Assembly: GCA_002269645.1 (NCBI GenBank)
Contig: NIVC01000862.1
Span: 1-64,000 of the forward strand
From: Macrostomum lignano
Taxonomy: Eukaryota
Direction of reading: 5' to 3'
Length of the DNA stretch: 64,000 nt
Made by a program: the position numbers and the translations under genes. Shown piece after piece: positions 32,621 through 46,039 of this stretch (the stretch's first letter is position 1; every line of letters begins with the position of its first letter). The notes beneath the pieces are model-generated. The model had not been told where the DNA came from. It worked only from the letters and a program-made list of their open reading frames with translations, and did no database searches.

Positions 32621-34493
32621 TTGACTTGACAAGTGAAATCGATTGGCGCATTACCTGTTGATTCCCAAAGGCAACGAAAGCAGGCTTGATAATCAGCTTG
32701 AGCCTTACCAGACATCAAAAAGAAGGCAAGTGGTACCTGCCTTTCCTGCCCATCAAAGCGAATTGCACCGTGTACACTGTAAAGCTGTTTCAAAGTTGCC
32801 TTGACAATGCTAAAAGTTCCGTCGCACTGCAAGATTCGTCGGGATGATAATATTTCTCGCTGAGTTGTTGTCATGAAGACGAAGTGTCGCCCGTTTGTCT
32901 CAGGAACTGTCACATCCTGCAAATGAAACTGGGCAGGTACATGTCTAGGATCAACTTGGAAAGGTATGTCAGCAGGTTCCATGGGGCGATCTTTTGACAA
33001 CCTTCATCAAAAAGAAGGCAAGTGGTACCAGCCTTTCCTGCCCATCAAAGCGGTTTGTCTCAGGAACTGTCAAATCCTGCAAATGAAACTGGGCAGGTAC
33101 ATGTCTAGGATCAACTTGGAAAGGTATGTCAGCAGGTTCCATGGGGCGATCTTTTGACAACCTTCATCAAAAAGAAGGCAAGTGGTACCAGCCTTTCCTG
33201 CCCATCAAAGCGATTTGTCTCAGGAACTGTCACATCCTGCAAATGAAACTGGGCAGGTACATGTCTAGGATCAACTTGGAAATGTATGTCAACAGGTTAC
33301 ATGGGGCGATCTTTTTTGCGACTGTAATGACAAGTGAAATCAATTGGCGCATTACCTGTTGATTCCCAAAGGCAACGAAAGCAGGCTTGATAATCAGCTT
33401 GAGCCTTACCGGACATCAAAAAGAAGGCAAGTGGTACCTGCCTTTCCTGCCCATCAAAGCGAATTGCACCTTGTACACTGTAAAGCTGTTTCAAAGTTGC
33501 CTTGACAATGCTAAAAGTTCTGTCGCACTGCAAGATTCGTCGGGATGATAATATTTCTCGCTGAGTTGTTGTCATGAAGACGAAGTGTCGCCCGTTTGTC
33601 TCAGGAACTGTCACATCCTGCAAATGAAACTGGGCAGGTACATGTCTAGGATCAACTTGAAAATGTATGTCAACAGGTTCCATGGGGCGATCTTTTTTGC
33701 GACTGTAATTAGCATTGCGACTTAATGACTCAATACTAAGCACCTCCTGCACTTCTGGTGAAAATTCTCTTACCTTCTCCTCTACAATAATTCTAGCAGA
33801 AGTAAACAACATGCGCTTTGCTCCCTCCTTTACCTCCTTTGCTGCCTTTCTCTTCTGAGCTGGCCGATCTACTGGATCGCATGTGTGCGGGGCAAGGGCT
33901 TCTATGGTTCCATCAGCCCGGCGAACGGCGGAGCCATGACAGTGCAGTGATAAACGCTTAGTGCAGCGATAGTACGTGTTGCCATTTCGCCGCGTTTTTG
34001 CATCCATCAGGTGGCCAAGGTCTCGTTGGACGTACTGCCCTAGAAGGTCTTTTCCGTGACTGCATCCCGCACCTGTAAGAATCTCAAAGGGCTGGGGAGG
34101 TGGGCTGCGGGGCGGTGCAAGCTCTGCTGGAGGAATTTGAATGGATTCTTCCAGAGCTGGATCAGGGTCGTTGAAATCTGCATACTGGTAAAGAACATTT
34201 TCCGCTTGTGCCGGAATCAGATGCACTGGTTCTGGATTTTCAGCAGGTACAGCTGCTGGTCCAGCATTTGGGGCTTGTACCACTGCAGCCTCTGCAGGTT
34301 GGGACACTGCTAAGTTACCTGCAGGACCCCGTCTATTGCACTGATTGCAAAGCCAGAAAAACTCACCCACATTTCTCATTGCAGCATACTGAGACATTGT
34401 GACACGACTATCACATGCACGGTGCTGCCAATTCAGGCATTGAGAACACTCAATTGCTTCTTGTCCATCGAGAACCGGCTGCAGACACCACAC
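32620..34493 (-). pseudogene. Mutator-like (MULE) transposase with N-terminal PHD and FLYWCH fingers; truncated, with tandem internal duplications
   Basis: PHD: CLQPVLDGQEAIECSQCLNWQHRAC...FWLCNQC. FLYWCH-like: YYRCTKRLSLHCHG...APHTC. MULE core: ILQCDGTFSIV...QLYSVHG...VPLAFFLMSGK...DY. The anchor catggggcgatctttt recurs at 32980, 33140, 33300 and 33681. Confidence 0.85.
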
Positions 34494-36744
34494 ATGGATA
34501 TGCGCCTGCCATTTTTGTATCTGAGTTCTTAGACTGTTTGTTGTCAGTGAATGAAACAGATGAATTTTAAACAGGCATAAAATTTACCCTGTTTTTATCC
34601 CTTTTAAACAAGTAAATTAGTCTCAACCAATAAGGGAAGAGAAACTATAACTGGTTTTAGATGAAGAAGAAATAGAGATTTGTGTATTACGAAATATGTT
34701 AACAACTTTTTAGGTGCCTACTGTAAGTAGGAAATTAAGACCCGTAACCATTTTTGTCTTTAACCCAATTACTAATAAAATTTTCTGACTGTCTGTCTAA
34801 CCCCCCCTTGCAACCCCACATCTGCCCTCCCCATTCTATCCAATAGTAAACCAGTTGTCATTTTCTGTGACCCCCACCCCAGCTGTGGCCATCTTGGTCT
34901 TACACCATAGCAACAGGCCTAAACACTAAATAGCAAATGATTGACAAATAACTAATGACATAACATAAGATATTATTTAGTAGGTCTGGTATAATAGTAG
35001 GGGTAGTAGACAAGACAATGCATTGGCTAGACAATGGAATGGCCAATATTGGCAATAACTCACAATAATTGTAATAAAAAGCTAGCTCATCCAAATTCCA
35101 AAGTTGGTTATTTATTCCTTATTTCTCTAATTAGAAATTATTAGAAAAGGTATTAGAATTAGAATTAGAAAAATTAGTATTAGAAAAAAGGCAATAGACA
35201 TTTTCTACCTGGCAATATGGAAAAAGAGCTGATGCTAGGTCTACCGCTAAGCCCCAATGCAAAAATGCAAGTGATGAAAGCAAAGCAAAAATCACAAGGT
35301 CACATCACATGATGAAGAATCACATGGTTGCTTCAAGGACCTAATTAAAAATTAAAAAATGGTGCGAACAAATTTTCAAAACTCATTTTATTTTCATAAA
35401 TTAAGTTTTAATAAAAAAATACATTACGGCTTCATTATTTTCTTAGCAAATTTTGTTAAATTTCACGTTTTTGTGAATATTCCGCAAAAGCACCCTCATC
35501 AATAATTCATTTTTTTCTAAGAACCTTTGAAATTCAAAAGAGTTAGCGCAAAAAACAGTTACATTAAATGAGAAGTTATTATTTTTTTGAAAAGAATCAT
35601 CCCCGTTGCCTGAATTTGCGAAAATCGTTAAAAATATGATATGAATTTGTGAAAAGTCAGTCAACTAACGAGGTTCATTTTTAGTATATAGAAGATTGCA
35701 GTGTAAGATGGTTTGATTAGTTGATTGCATGTGCGCAAGTTTACTAGCCCGTATGTACATTTGTTCGCTGTACAATCATAATATATGAGTGCCTTGGCGC
35801 CCTGGGCAGCCAAGAGTCGGTCTACGCCTAAGCCTATTTCTCGTATTCGCTTGTTCTTAAACAGTAATTTGATTTTTAATACATAATCATGAGCATCGAC
35901 GAACATCGTATTCGAACAATTAAGGCACGAAAAGTATCTTGGCGGCTTCTCGTACCCTGATACCGATGGCCTTATTGATATTGTATCATGGAAAGGTGCG
36001 CCATCTGCTGTCGGTGAACAACTCAGCATCGAGTATTACGGAAGCCAGCAGTTAGTAAAGGTGCTTTGGATGTCAGGTAAGAGTATGTTTTTGTATCAGC
36101 TTGTTTGCAGTGCGGTGTAGGGATCAGTAAATATGGACATGTACATGCTTTTTACATTTTTTCTCAAGTTTTCAACTGCCGATTACCTAAAATTGGTTTT
36201 TGCTAGTCTGAAAATTTAGAAAACCAAAGCGCTGTTCGACAAAGTGGCTACGACTCTGGCTCATCAATGCAACCTCGCGCCATTGTCACGGAAAAGCAGA
36301 GACGAGAGAATGGTAACAAAGACACAAATGGCGGTTTTCTGGAGGTTTCTGCGACTACTAGATCAATGCAGTAGCAGCAAAGGTTTTTGAGTGCTGGCAA
36401 GAAAGCAGTGAAGAGACCTCAGCAATCGAGTGCCCAATAAAAAGCATAAAAGCAAAAATCGCGGCTGGACGCGCTAAATCGTCTGAATCTGCAACAGTTA
36501 TCAGAATTGTCGAGCCCGGCTCTCAGCAATCACAAGCAGTGTGTCAGGCGTCAGCAGCAGCTGACCATCTTGATCGAGTGCTAGAGAGTGTCTAAAAATT
36601 ATCAGCTTTAACCAGTCTAAGAAAAATGACACTTTCTTAGTCATGAACAATCTGATTGCCGAACGCCTGAGGACATTCGGTATTTTGCAAAGCTGCTCTC
36701 GCGACTCGAGTCGTGGGTTCGCAAGGTACCCATTGCAAGGATCG

Positions 36745-37100
36745 TTCCCGCCAAGAATTGCCCGCCGAGATTTGCCCGCAATGTTTTTTTACTGCAGCGC
36801 ATTTGACAGCTAGATTCTGTCTGCATTGCCCCCCCCCCCCAAAAAAAATACATTTGATATGCAGTTACTATCAAAACGTTTTGATCGTGTAAATATTTTT
36901 ATTAAGACTTACTAAGCATTGGGGAGGCAATGCAGACAAAATCTGCCGCGTGGTCAAATGCGCTGCATGAAAAAAACATTGCGGCCAAATTTTGGCGGGC
37001 AATTCTTGGCGGGCAAATCTCCACGGGCAATAACTCACGGGCAAAATGCACTGCGGGCAAATCTCGGCGGGAAAATCTCAAGGGGCAAATCTTAAAGACC
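36745..37100. repeat. Imperfect inverted repeat/foldback rich in (T)TGCCCGC motifs
   Basis: 36745-36840 is the approximate reverse complement of 36921-37020 (aattgcccgcc...atgttttttt...gcagcgcatttgac...tctgcattgccccc versus ggggaggcaatgcagac...gtcaaatgcgctgca...aaaaaacatt...ggcgggcaatt). Confidence 0.75.
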
Positions 37101-37276
37101 GCTACATGTAGACTTAGCGGTCTTGGGTAATTAAAATCAAAGTATCTTGCATGGAAGTCCAAACGAAACAACAAATTAGCTCGTAGTACAAGTTCTTTCG
37201 CTCTTAGGAATCTGACCTTAAATCATGATTTTCTGCTATTTCTCGGGATACAATTGCGTGCCACATGCAATTTCAG

Positions 37277-40200
37277 AGCATCGAGTTCCAAGCAGTTGTA
37301 ACACGAAACGAGACTCACTCATACGCCATTTTCAACTACGTTGACTTCCACCTGCCTGTGCCGAGAATCTTCAACTTGAGCTCTCAAATATGGGACCTGA
37401 AAGCATTCTCAGGATTCACGGATAACGTTATTGTTCGAAAAGAGCTGCCATTCAGCCTGCGCCCCGACTGGCCCGAGCTGCCTAACTTGAGCCCAGGAAG
37501 CTCGGGAAGAACCGGACGTAACGTGATGCAGCTCAGCAGCTGGTACCAACAGACCAACGATTCAACAAAGTGCAGCAGGTGGATCTTAGCAGCCAGGGCC
37601 AAGGTTTCTGTTAGCCCGTTCCCTGGCTGCTTCGACTGTCCATTCGATTTTCGCACAGCAGTCCTTGACAGGCGGTACATTCCGTACGAATTTGAGTGCT
37701 CCGGTGGCAGCATCCGGATGTGCTTCCGCAACACCACCTACCAGTGCGCTCAGAGGTTCAGTCGTTGTTCGTCTTATTATTCTCAGGCCTGCAAGCTTGA
37801 GAACTGCCGTCACCTGGTGTCGACCAGGTGCTGCTACAGAATGTCATCGGCAGCTGCTGGCAGCGAGATCCGTGAGCTGTGCAATAAAATATACGGCATT
37901 TGGAGGATCCGGAACATCATGCGAAGGATTATGTTCGATAGGGCTACCGGTGAGCTTAATTTCTACATATCAATGAGGGGCTCATTGAAAGCTTTAGTTC
38001 ATTGAATTGTTGTATCCCCTAATCCCTAGCCTACCCAGTCTGTAGGGTGGGTGGTAGAAGGGCGCAGGACACACCTCTGTTGTACGGGTCTCGCCTGCGT
38101 CAGGACGCGAGTGTTCACAATTACCCAGCGTCTGCAGCATCGGGGCGCATCCACGTGACTGTCACCCGCGTCAGGGCGCTGGAGTGCCAATTACCTTCAG
38201 CAGGGCTTAAGGACGCACAGGTTGGCGTGCGATACAGTATGTACCGTACTAATGTCTTCCTCTAACCTAGCTGAGTCGGCAGGCAAGACACACGACTCTT
38301 CACAGCCGTTAGGCAACCGGAAAAGGAATGCAAAACATCGCACTTAACGTACCTGACAATAGTGGCTGAAGCCCGGAGCCGTTACGTACTGGTGGCCTTT
38401 CCGATGTTTATTTATTTGACTGAGTTTGGACCAGTATTGTAGCAGACTGCAGTAAGAGACCGTCAACACCTTTTCACTTTCAGTTTCAAACATCCTGCAA
38501 CGAATTTAAACTTTCTGGCATCCCATTTCGTCACTTTTTGGCTGTCAATCTCGCAGCCAATCAGAGAGCGCCAACTGGCTGAGCCAGCGCCGGGGGTACA
38601 TTGCAAAGGGCTGGGCGGGTTGAGAGCACAACAAGAAAACAAAATGGGGCTACTCTGACCGAGCCTCATTAGCTTCAGGTCTGTCCCGGAGGGGACACAG
38701 CGGGAAGGCGCGGTCACCCATTCCGCTAACTGACTGAGCCTCCGCCAATCAGGCACCGGGAGGCTTACGCTAGCGCCAGAGGGGTGGGACAGAAATATAA
38801 TGGGCGACGGAGAAAGAAAAGGACAATAGGGGGGGGGGGGGTTAATAGAGTACGCAAGGTCGAATGACTCACAAACAAGTAGTGTCGAATTAAATAGTGT
38901 CGGGATTGAATTTGCGGAATGAAATTTTCAACCGGAAAAATGATATACCAAGCTCTTACTACCCCACTTGACGGAATTGGTTGGCAGTTGTTGAAACTGA
39001 TCGATTGTTTGTTGGAAATTTATGCCAACTGTCGAATTTGGACGAAACTGTCCCAACCAAAAACCGTCGGAATCGGATGCGAGAAAATTAAAATTGGTTG
39101 CCGGTAGTTCAAACTGAAAATGAAAAGGTGTAGTGAACTTCACCAAAACGCAGAGAGGAGACGCAGAAAGAAAAGCACCGCCTAAAAACCCGGCGGGAGC
39201 CGCAAAATAGCCATTGCCTGCGGAGAGGGAAGACCACAAGCCCACCTACCACCCAACCACCGATCCAGCCAAACACCCCGCCAAGGGGAGAGCAACTCAA
39301 GCAGGGGTGGGGTGACTCATACAGTCTGGAGGACAGGGTGCACACAACAGAATTAATAAAACAGCATCATTTGCAGCTGGCCACCTCATCAGCAGCAGCT
39401 CAGACGGTGCCGGACACGCAATGTACTTCTTTCGGAACAGAACAAGTGATAAAATTCGATATGGCTTCTGGTTTCGTCAGGATGAATTATATGGCCAAAA
39501 AATCTGCTCAGCTGCCGGAATGATGTCCGCTTATTCTGCCGTAAGACCCGTGTGCACCAGCCAGCACTACCAACCACCAGCTGGAGGTAACTGCTTTGCT
39601 TTAACTTTAGATCTGGGTGCACATATATTGAGTAATTTCATTTATTTATTCACTTTTGGCAGCTCCAGCGTATTGCGGCTCAACTGTTTTAGGACATTTT
39701 TAAGCATCAAACCAAAACCTGAGCAACTAAGCATCAAACCAAAACCTGAGCAACTAAGCATCAAACCAAAACCTGAGCAACTAAACATCAAACCAAAACC
39801 TAAGCAACTAAGCATCAAACCAAAACCTGAGCAACTAAGCATCAAACCAAAACCTGAGCAACTAAGCATCAAACCGAAACCTAAGCAACTAAGCATCAAA
39901 CCAAAACCTCAGCAACTAAGCATCAAACCGAAACCTAAGCAACTAAGCATCAAACCAAAACCTGAGCAACTAAGCATCAAACCAAAACCTAAGCAACTAA
40001 GCATCAAACCAAAACCTGAGCAACTAAGCATCAAACCAAAACCTGAGCAACTATGCATCAAACCAAAACCTAACCAACTAAGCATCAAACCAAAACCTGA
40101 GCAACTAAGCATCAAACCAAATCCTGAGCAACTAAGCATCAAACCAAAACCTAAGCAACTAAGCATCAAACCAAAACCTGAGCAACTATGCATCAAACCA

Positions 40201-42454
40201 AAACCTAAGCAACTAAGCATCAAACCAAAGCCTGAGCAACTAAGCATCAAACCAAAATCCTGAGCAACTAAGCATCAAACCAAAACCTGAGCAACTGAGC
40301 ATCAAACCAAAACCTGAGCAACTAAGCATCAAACCAAAACCTGAGCAACTAAGCATCAAACCAAAACCTGAGCAACTAAGCATCAAACCAAAATCCTGAG
40401 CAACTAAGCATCAAACCAAAATCCTGAGCAACTAAGCATCAAACCAAAACCTAAGCAACTAAGCATCAAACCAAAACCTAAGCAACTAAGCATCAAACCA
40501 AAACCTAACCAACTAAGCATCAAACCAAAACCTGAGCAACTAAGCATCAAACCAAAATCCTGAGCAACTAAGCATCAAACCAAAACCTAAGCAACTAAGC
40601 ATCAAACCAAAATCCTGAGCAACTAAGCATCAAACCAAAACCTAAGCAACTAAGCATCAAACCAAAACCTAACCAACTAAGCATCAAACCAAAACCTGAG
40701 CAACTAAGCATCAAACCAAAATCCTGAGCAACTAAGCATCAAACCAAAACCTGAGCAACTAAGCATCAAACCAAACAACCAACCTCCGATCTCCAGGCTT
40801 CAACCGAGGCGACCCCCACATGAGCACGCTCTCGAACCGCACCTACACATTCAACGGTCACTGCGAGTACCACCTGCTCACCAGCGAGAGGTGGCTGGAC
40901 TCGCCGATGCTGCGGCTGCAAGCGCGCACCGCGCCAGTCAGCGGTGGAGGCGCCACGGCCTTCGTCGGCGTCGCGCTGAAGTCCGGCCTCAACGAGCTGG
41001 CCGTGTCGGTGATGCGCAACGAAAGCTCCGACGACCTCGACGTCTTTAGCAGCGACGGACGTCGGATCGGCAGCGTCAGGGGCGAGCTGGCGGCGCTGAG
41101 CAACGCGACCAGACTGGACAGCTACCGGCTGGAGGTCCCCGACAACAGCACCATCGACATTGTCGACGAGTCTACCGGCGTCAGCGTCACCGTTACCATG
41201 GAGACGAGCTCGCTCAGAGTCGGCGTTCAACTGGACTTGGCAGGAAAATACCCGAGCGGACTGGACGGGTTGCTAGGCAACAGCTACTCGAGCGGATTCA
41301 GACTGAGAAACGGCAGCGTCCTGCCAGCTGGCAGCTCCGAGAGGCAGCTGTTTGAGTTCGGGAACAGCTGGAGACTTAACAGCTCAGAGCCGAGCTACCT
41401 GCACTACCCGGCTGGCAAGGGCCGAGCTGACTTCTGCAATCTCAGCTTCGTACCGACCTTTGCCGAGGACTTCAAGGACAACATGCTAGCGCTGTTCGGC
41501 GGGAACGCGAAGCTCAAGAACGCTTCGGAAGAGGTGAGTGGACAGGACAGAATAGTTAAAATTTGTTAATGCGGACATATGCGAGAGGAATAACTATTTT
41601 TACCTTAATGCGACCTGCTGTGGATCCATTGGGTCAGCTGACCCTTGGGGGGTAAGTTTCTTGATGAACGCTCATGATCCCATTTTCCAGCGAAAAAAAC
41701 ATCGTACCTGTAGTGGTAATTAAATAGCACTGAAGACTCTCCAAATGTACCCCTGATTAAATAAAACGGCCCAATAACTTGACAACCATCCTCGATCCAC
41801 TCCTTAATGTAGAACTTGACACGTTGCATTTGAGACTAAATTTCGTGTACTGACCCTCTCACTGCTTTTTCCCCGGCAGGTGTGCGGCAGCTCCGGCTCC
41901 TCCTACCTCACCTGCATGTTCGACGCCGCTCAGCTTCGCTCGGTCGCAGCCGCTCAAGACGCGGCCGTCGCCATTCGAGACGAGACTCGAACCCGGGTCG
42001 TCCTGGCTAACCGACCACCGCAGTTCGTGAGCGCCCCGAAGCAGCTGCGAGTGAACGGCAGCAGCAGCGTCGGTGTCACCTTCTCCGTGACGGATCCCGA
42101 CGGCGCCTCACCGAATGTCACCGTGCTGGAGGCCGTCGGGGGGACCGCGAAGCTGGAGGCTGGGGCCAGCGGCAGCTGGCAGCTCGTGTGGCAGCCCGTC
42201 GACAACTGGCGAGGCGACATCAAACTGCAGCTGGTGGCGGTAGACGAGGTCGGAACCGTCACGGTGTGGACTCCCAGGATTGTGGTGTGCGACTGCGGGA
42301 GCAGGGGCCGCTGCTGCCCTGACTGCGGCATTGCTGACGACACGGGTGAGTAGCTGACTGACTGACTGACTGACTGACTTGACTGACTGACTGTCTGACT
42401 GACCTGAGTGAGTGGGTGACTGATTGACTGACTGACTGACTTGAGTGAGTGGGT

Positions 42455-42505
<51 letters not shown>

Positions 42506-42645
42506 TGACTGACTGACTGACTGACTGACTGACTGACTGACTGACTGACTGACTGACTGACTGACTGACTTGACTGACTGACTGTCTGACTGACCTGAGT
42601 GAGTGGGTGACTGATTGACTGACTGACTGACTTGAGTGAGTGGGT

Positions 42646-42696
<51 letters not shown>

Positions 42697-42826
42697 TGAC
42701 TGACTGACTGACTGACTGACTGACTGACTGACTGACTGACTGACTGACTGACTGACTGACTGACTGACTGACTGAGTGACTGACTGAGTGACTGACTGAC
42801 TGACTGACTGACTTGAGTGAGTGGGT

Positions 42827-42877
<51 letters not shown>

Positions 42878-43195
42878 TGACTGACTGACTGACTGACTGA
42901 CTGACTGACTGACTGACTGACTGAGTGACTGACTGAGTGACTGACTGACTGACTGACTGACTGACTGACTGACTGACTGACTGACTGACTGACTGACTGA
43001 CTGACTGACTGACTGACTGACTGACTGACTGACTGACTGACTGACTGACTGACTGACTGACTGACTGACTGACTGACTGACTGACTGACTGACTGACTGA
43101 CTGACTGACTGACTGACTGACTGACTGACTGACTGACTGACTGACTGACTGACTGACTGACTGACTGACTGACTGACTGACTGACTGACTGACTG

Positions 43196-43270
<75 letters not shown>

Positions 43271-43636
43271 CACTCACTCACTCACTCACTCACCCACCAT
43301 TGCAGCCTACTATCACCGTGAAGAGTGCAAGTGCGATCTGGGATTCACGGGACCCCAGTGCGATCAGTCAGTGAAAATCTGTCTGACATCTGACTGCCAG
43401 GAGCCGCAGGGTGAGCAGCTGCTCAGTAAATTACCGGATTGCAGGAGATTCAACAGCCTCAAAGTTATTTTCCTAAATTCTCCACTTCAGACAAGGGGGA
43501 TGAAGAGGATGGCAGAGTCGATGACGAGTGGTCAGGAGTTTTCAAAGTGGGCAGGTCGGTGCACGGGAGGTCCGGCTTCACCACCTCTGTCGGTGCCGTG
43601 ACGTCACTGGTGCTTCTGCCATTCCGGCTCAACTGA
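37277..43636 (+). CDS. MUC4-like paralogue A, 3' part: exons 37277-37949, 39377-39586, 40797-41533, 41880-42345, 43306-43410, 43491-43636 (NIDO end, AMOP, VWD, EGF, hydrophobic tail)
   Basis: All introns are GT-AG with compatible phases. NIDO FQAVVTRNETHSYAIFNY; AMOP-like CPFDFRTAVLDRRY and RP.CTSQHYQPP; VWD GDPHMSTLSNRTYTFNGHCEYHLL; CMFD...NRPP; EGF CKCDLGFTGPQC. AATAAA near 43735. No 5' exons found upstream in the window. Confidence 0.85.
39701..40773. repeat. 27-bp minisatellite (about 39 copies) in an intron
   Basis: Unit gagcaactaagcatcaaaccaaaacct, with occasional 28-bp variants (aaaatcct). Confidence 0.97.
42354..43292. repeat. Intronic (GACT)n microsatellite grading into (ACTT)n and (ACTC)n
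   Basis: Direct reading; includes a duplicated ~180-bp interrupted block. Confidence 0.97.
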
Positions 43637-44958
43637 GCGACGCTTCGATGCTATGAAAAATTGAAAAAATTACGACAGGAAAATACTTTGTGAAGTTTCT
43701 TCAATCACACTCAGTGTGTTCCATATTAATCCAGAATAAACTGTACATTTAAATACAATAATTGAGTTTTTATTGAACTCCTCTCTGTGTTATCACTTTT
43801 TATCAGAAACGAAAAATACGTCGTTAATTTTGTGCCATTTCAGAGACAGCTTAAGTAAAAAAGTGTGATTCGTTTTACTAAACATTTTGTTGCCATCATT
43901 TTCACTATAAATTTTTTTGCTGACAGAAGCTAATTACGAAGTAGTAATTAATGATTTTCAGTTGACAAAATACAAAGTGAAACAGCATATTAAATGATTC
44001 GCAAGCCATAGACCATGAGCCTTGGGGTTAAAAAAGCCTAATTAGCAGAAACTGATGGAATGGGCGTGTCCTCGCGGTTAAGCTACTGGTTTCTATTGCT
44101 AAGGATTATGAGTGGATTATTATCTGCGGTACTGTTTTAATGTTTGGTAGTTCGCTGCCACCAGGTTCCTGCTGTTCCCTAATTCTAGCTTTAGTTTTAA
44201 AGAACTGAGTCAGGACACCGATAAGTTAGTTAACACAAAAAGTTTTAATAAAGAAGTAATTTACGGTACAAAAGTTAGTTTGCTTTACATTAACTCCCTA
44301 TTTCCTTATTCCCGCTATAGTGCTTTTTGGGCAAGACTCCCAGTTTATAGATTTAGAGGCAAGACTCCTCTGTGCAAGCCTAAATTATATTTCCCCTTCT
44401 TACCACTTTCCTTGTGAAATTTCAAGTTCGAGGACAGGAGAAGACACTCCAACAAACAGTTTTTTCTTACCCAAGAGCCCAACTGCTCTGTAGTTCTAAA
44501 GGAACCCCAATTTTATCCACTTACCCCCGCTCTAATTATTTTCCCCGGGTTGAACTACTGATAGTAGGGTAAAAGCATAATTGGACCCACAAAATTTCCC
44601 GTTCCTAAAATAATGCCCTACTACACTGATATACCGTATATACTGCTGCAATATTGATTTTTAACGCTGATCTCATCAGCAGTGGAACTACCAAGAGAAC
44701 TACCAGAAATTTTTTTGCTGCGCCGTATTGGAGTAACGCAGGCACACGATATTCAAGAAGATGGGCTAACTTTGTTGTGCACCTTCTCAAACAAGAATCA
44801 AGTCGCCAGCCCTCCAGACCGTCGAGATATTCGACGATTCTGCCAGAAGGTCGGATGTTTGCCATAAGCGCCAGTGTATTCAGTACACCTGTGCGCCAAT
44901 GAGCACTGCGCCTCAGTTCAGCCTTGCCAAGCCTCCAAATTTCATCAGCACGTCGACC

Positions 44959-45721
44959 CAGGGGCGTAGCCAGGAATTTTGATTGGGGGGGGGGGGCGTG
45001 AGTTAGGGGGCGCCAGTTTCTTTTAGGGGGGGGGCGCCAGTTTCTTTTAGGGGGGGGGGGCGCCAGTTTCTTATAGGTGGGGGGGCGCCAGTTTCTTTTA
45101 GGGGGGGGCGCCAGTTTCTTATAGGGGGGGCGCCAGTTTCTTTTAGGGGGGGGCGCCAGTTTCTTTTAGAGGGGGGCCAGTTTCTTATAGGGGGGGCGCC
45201 AGTTTCTTTTAGGGGGGGGGCGCCAGTTTCTTTTAGGAGGGGCCGGGGGCACCAGTTTCTTTTAGGGGGGGGGCGCCAGTTTCTTATAGGGGGGGGGGGG
45301 GGGCGCCAGTTTCTTTTAGGGGGGCGCCAGTTTCTTTTAGGGGGGGGCGCCAGTTTCTTTTAGGTGGGGGCACCAGTTTCTTTTAGGGGGGGGGGGCGCC
45401 AGTTTCTTTTAGGAGGGGCCGGGGGCACCAGTTTCTTTTAGGGGGGGGGGCGCCAGTTTCTTTTAGGGGGGGGCGCCAGTTTCTTATAGGGGGGCGCCAG
45501 TTTCTTTTAGGGGGGCGCCAGTTTCTTATAGGGGGGGCCAGTTTCTTTTAGGGGGGGCGCCAGTTTCTTATAGGGGGGGGGGGCGCCAGATTCTTATAGG
45601 GGGGGGGGGCGCCAGTTTCTTATAGGGGGGGCGCCAGTTTCTTTTAGGGGGGGCGCCAAGGCCAGAGTTGGTGATTGGGGGGGCCACGGCTCCCCTTGCC
45701 CCCCCTCTGGCTACGCCCCTG
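44959..45721. mobile_element. hAT-type MITE filled with a G-rich ~22-26-bp minisatellite
   Basis: TIRs CAGGGGCGTAGCCAG / CTGGCTACGCCCCTG; 8-bp TSD CGTCGACC at 44951-44958 and 45722-45729; about 28 ggcgccagtttct(t)ttagggggg units. Confidence 0.93.
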
Positions 45722-46039
45722 CGTCGACCGCATGTGTCTGCAGCAGCTCTGCCTTCGTTGGTCACTAGCCTTCATCCAGCGGGAGCTTCTGGACCTTTCG
45801 TCGAGGCTTGATCAGCGAAACTAGAGATATTCGCATCATTCTGTTCATAGTCACCTGGTGCCACCTGTTGGAAGTCCAGCGGTTAAAAACTGAAAAGACT
45901 CGCCTCGGCTTCTCTGCAGCAGTTGCCTCCGCGGCAGCAGTGCTCCCCAGGAGGCAATCCGGCGCACACTGGAACTGTCATCCGGATGCCATCAGCCCAG
46001 TGGGGCAGGGGACTGGCCAGCCTCCTGAAGCGATGCCAG

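Noticed and set aside
39642-40250. Minus-strand (LMLSCSGFG)n ORFs
   Set aside because: Antisense translation of the 27-bp minisatellite.
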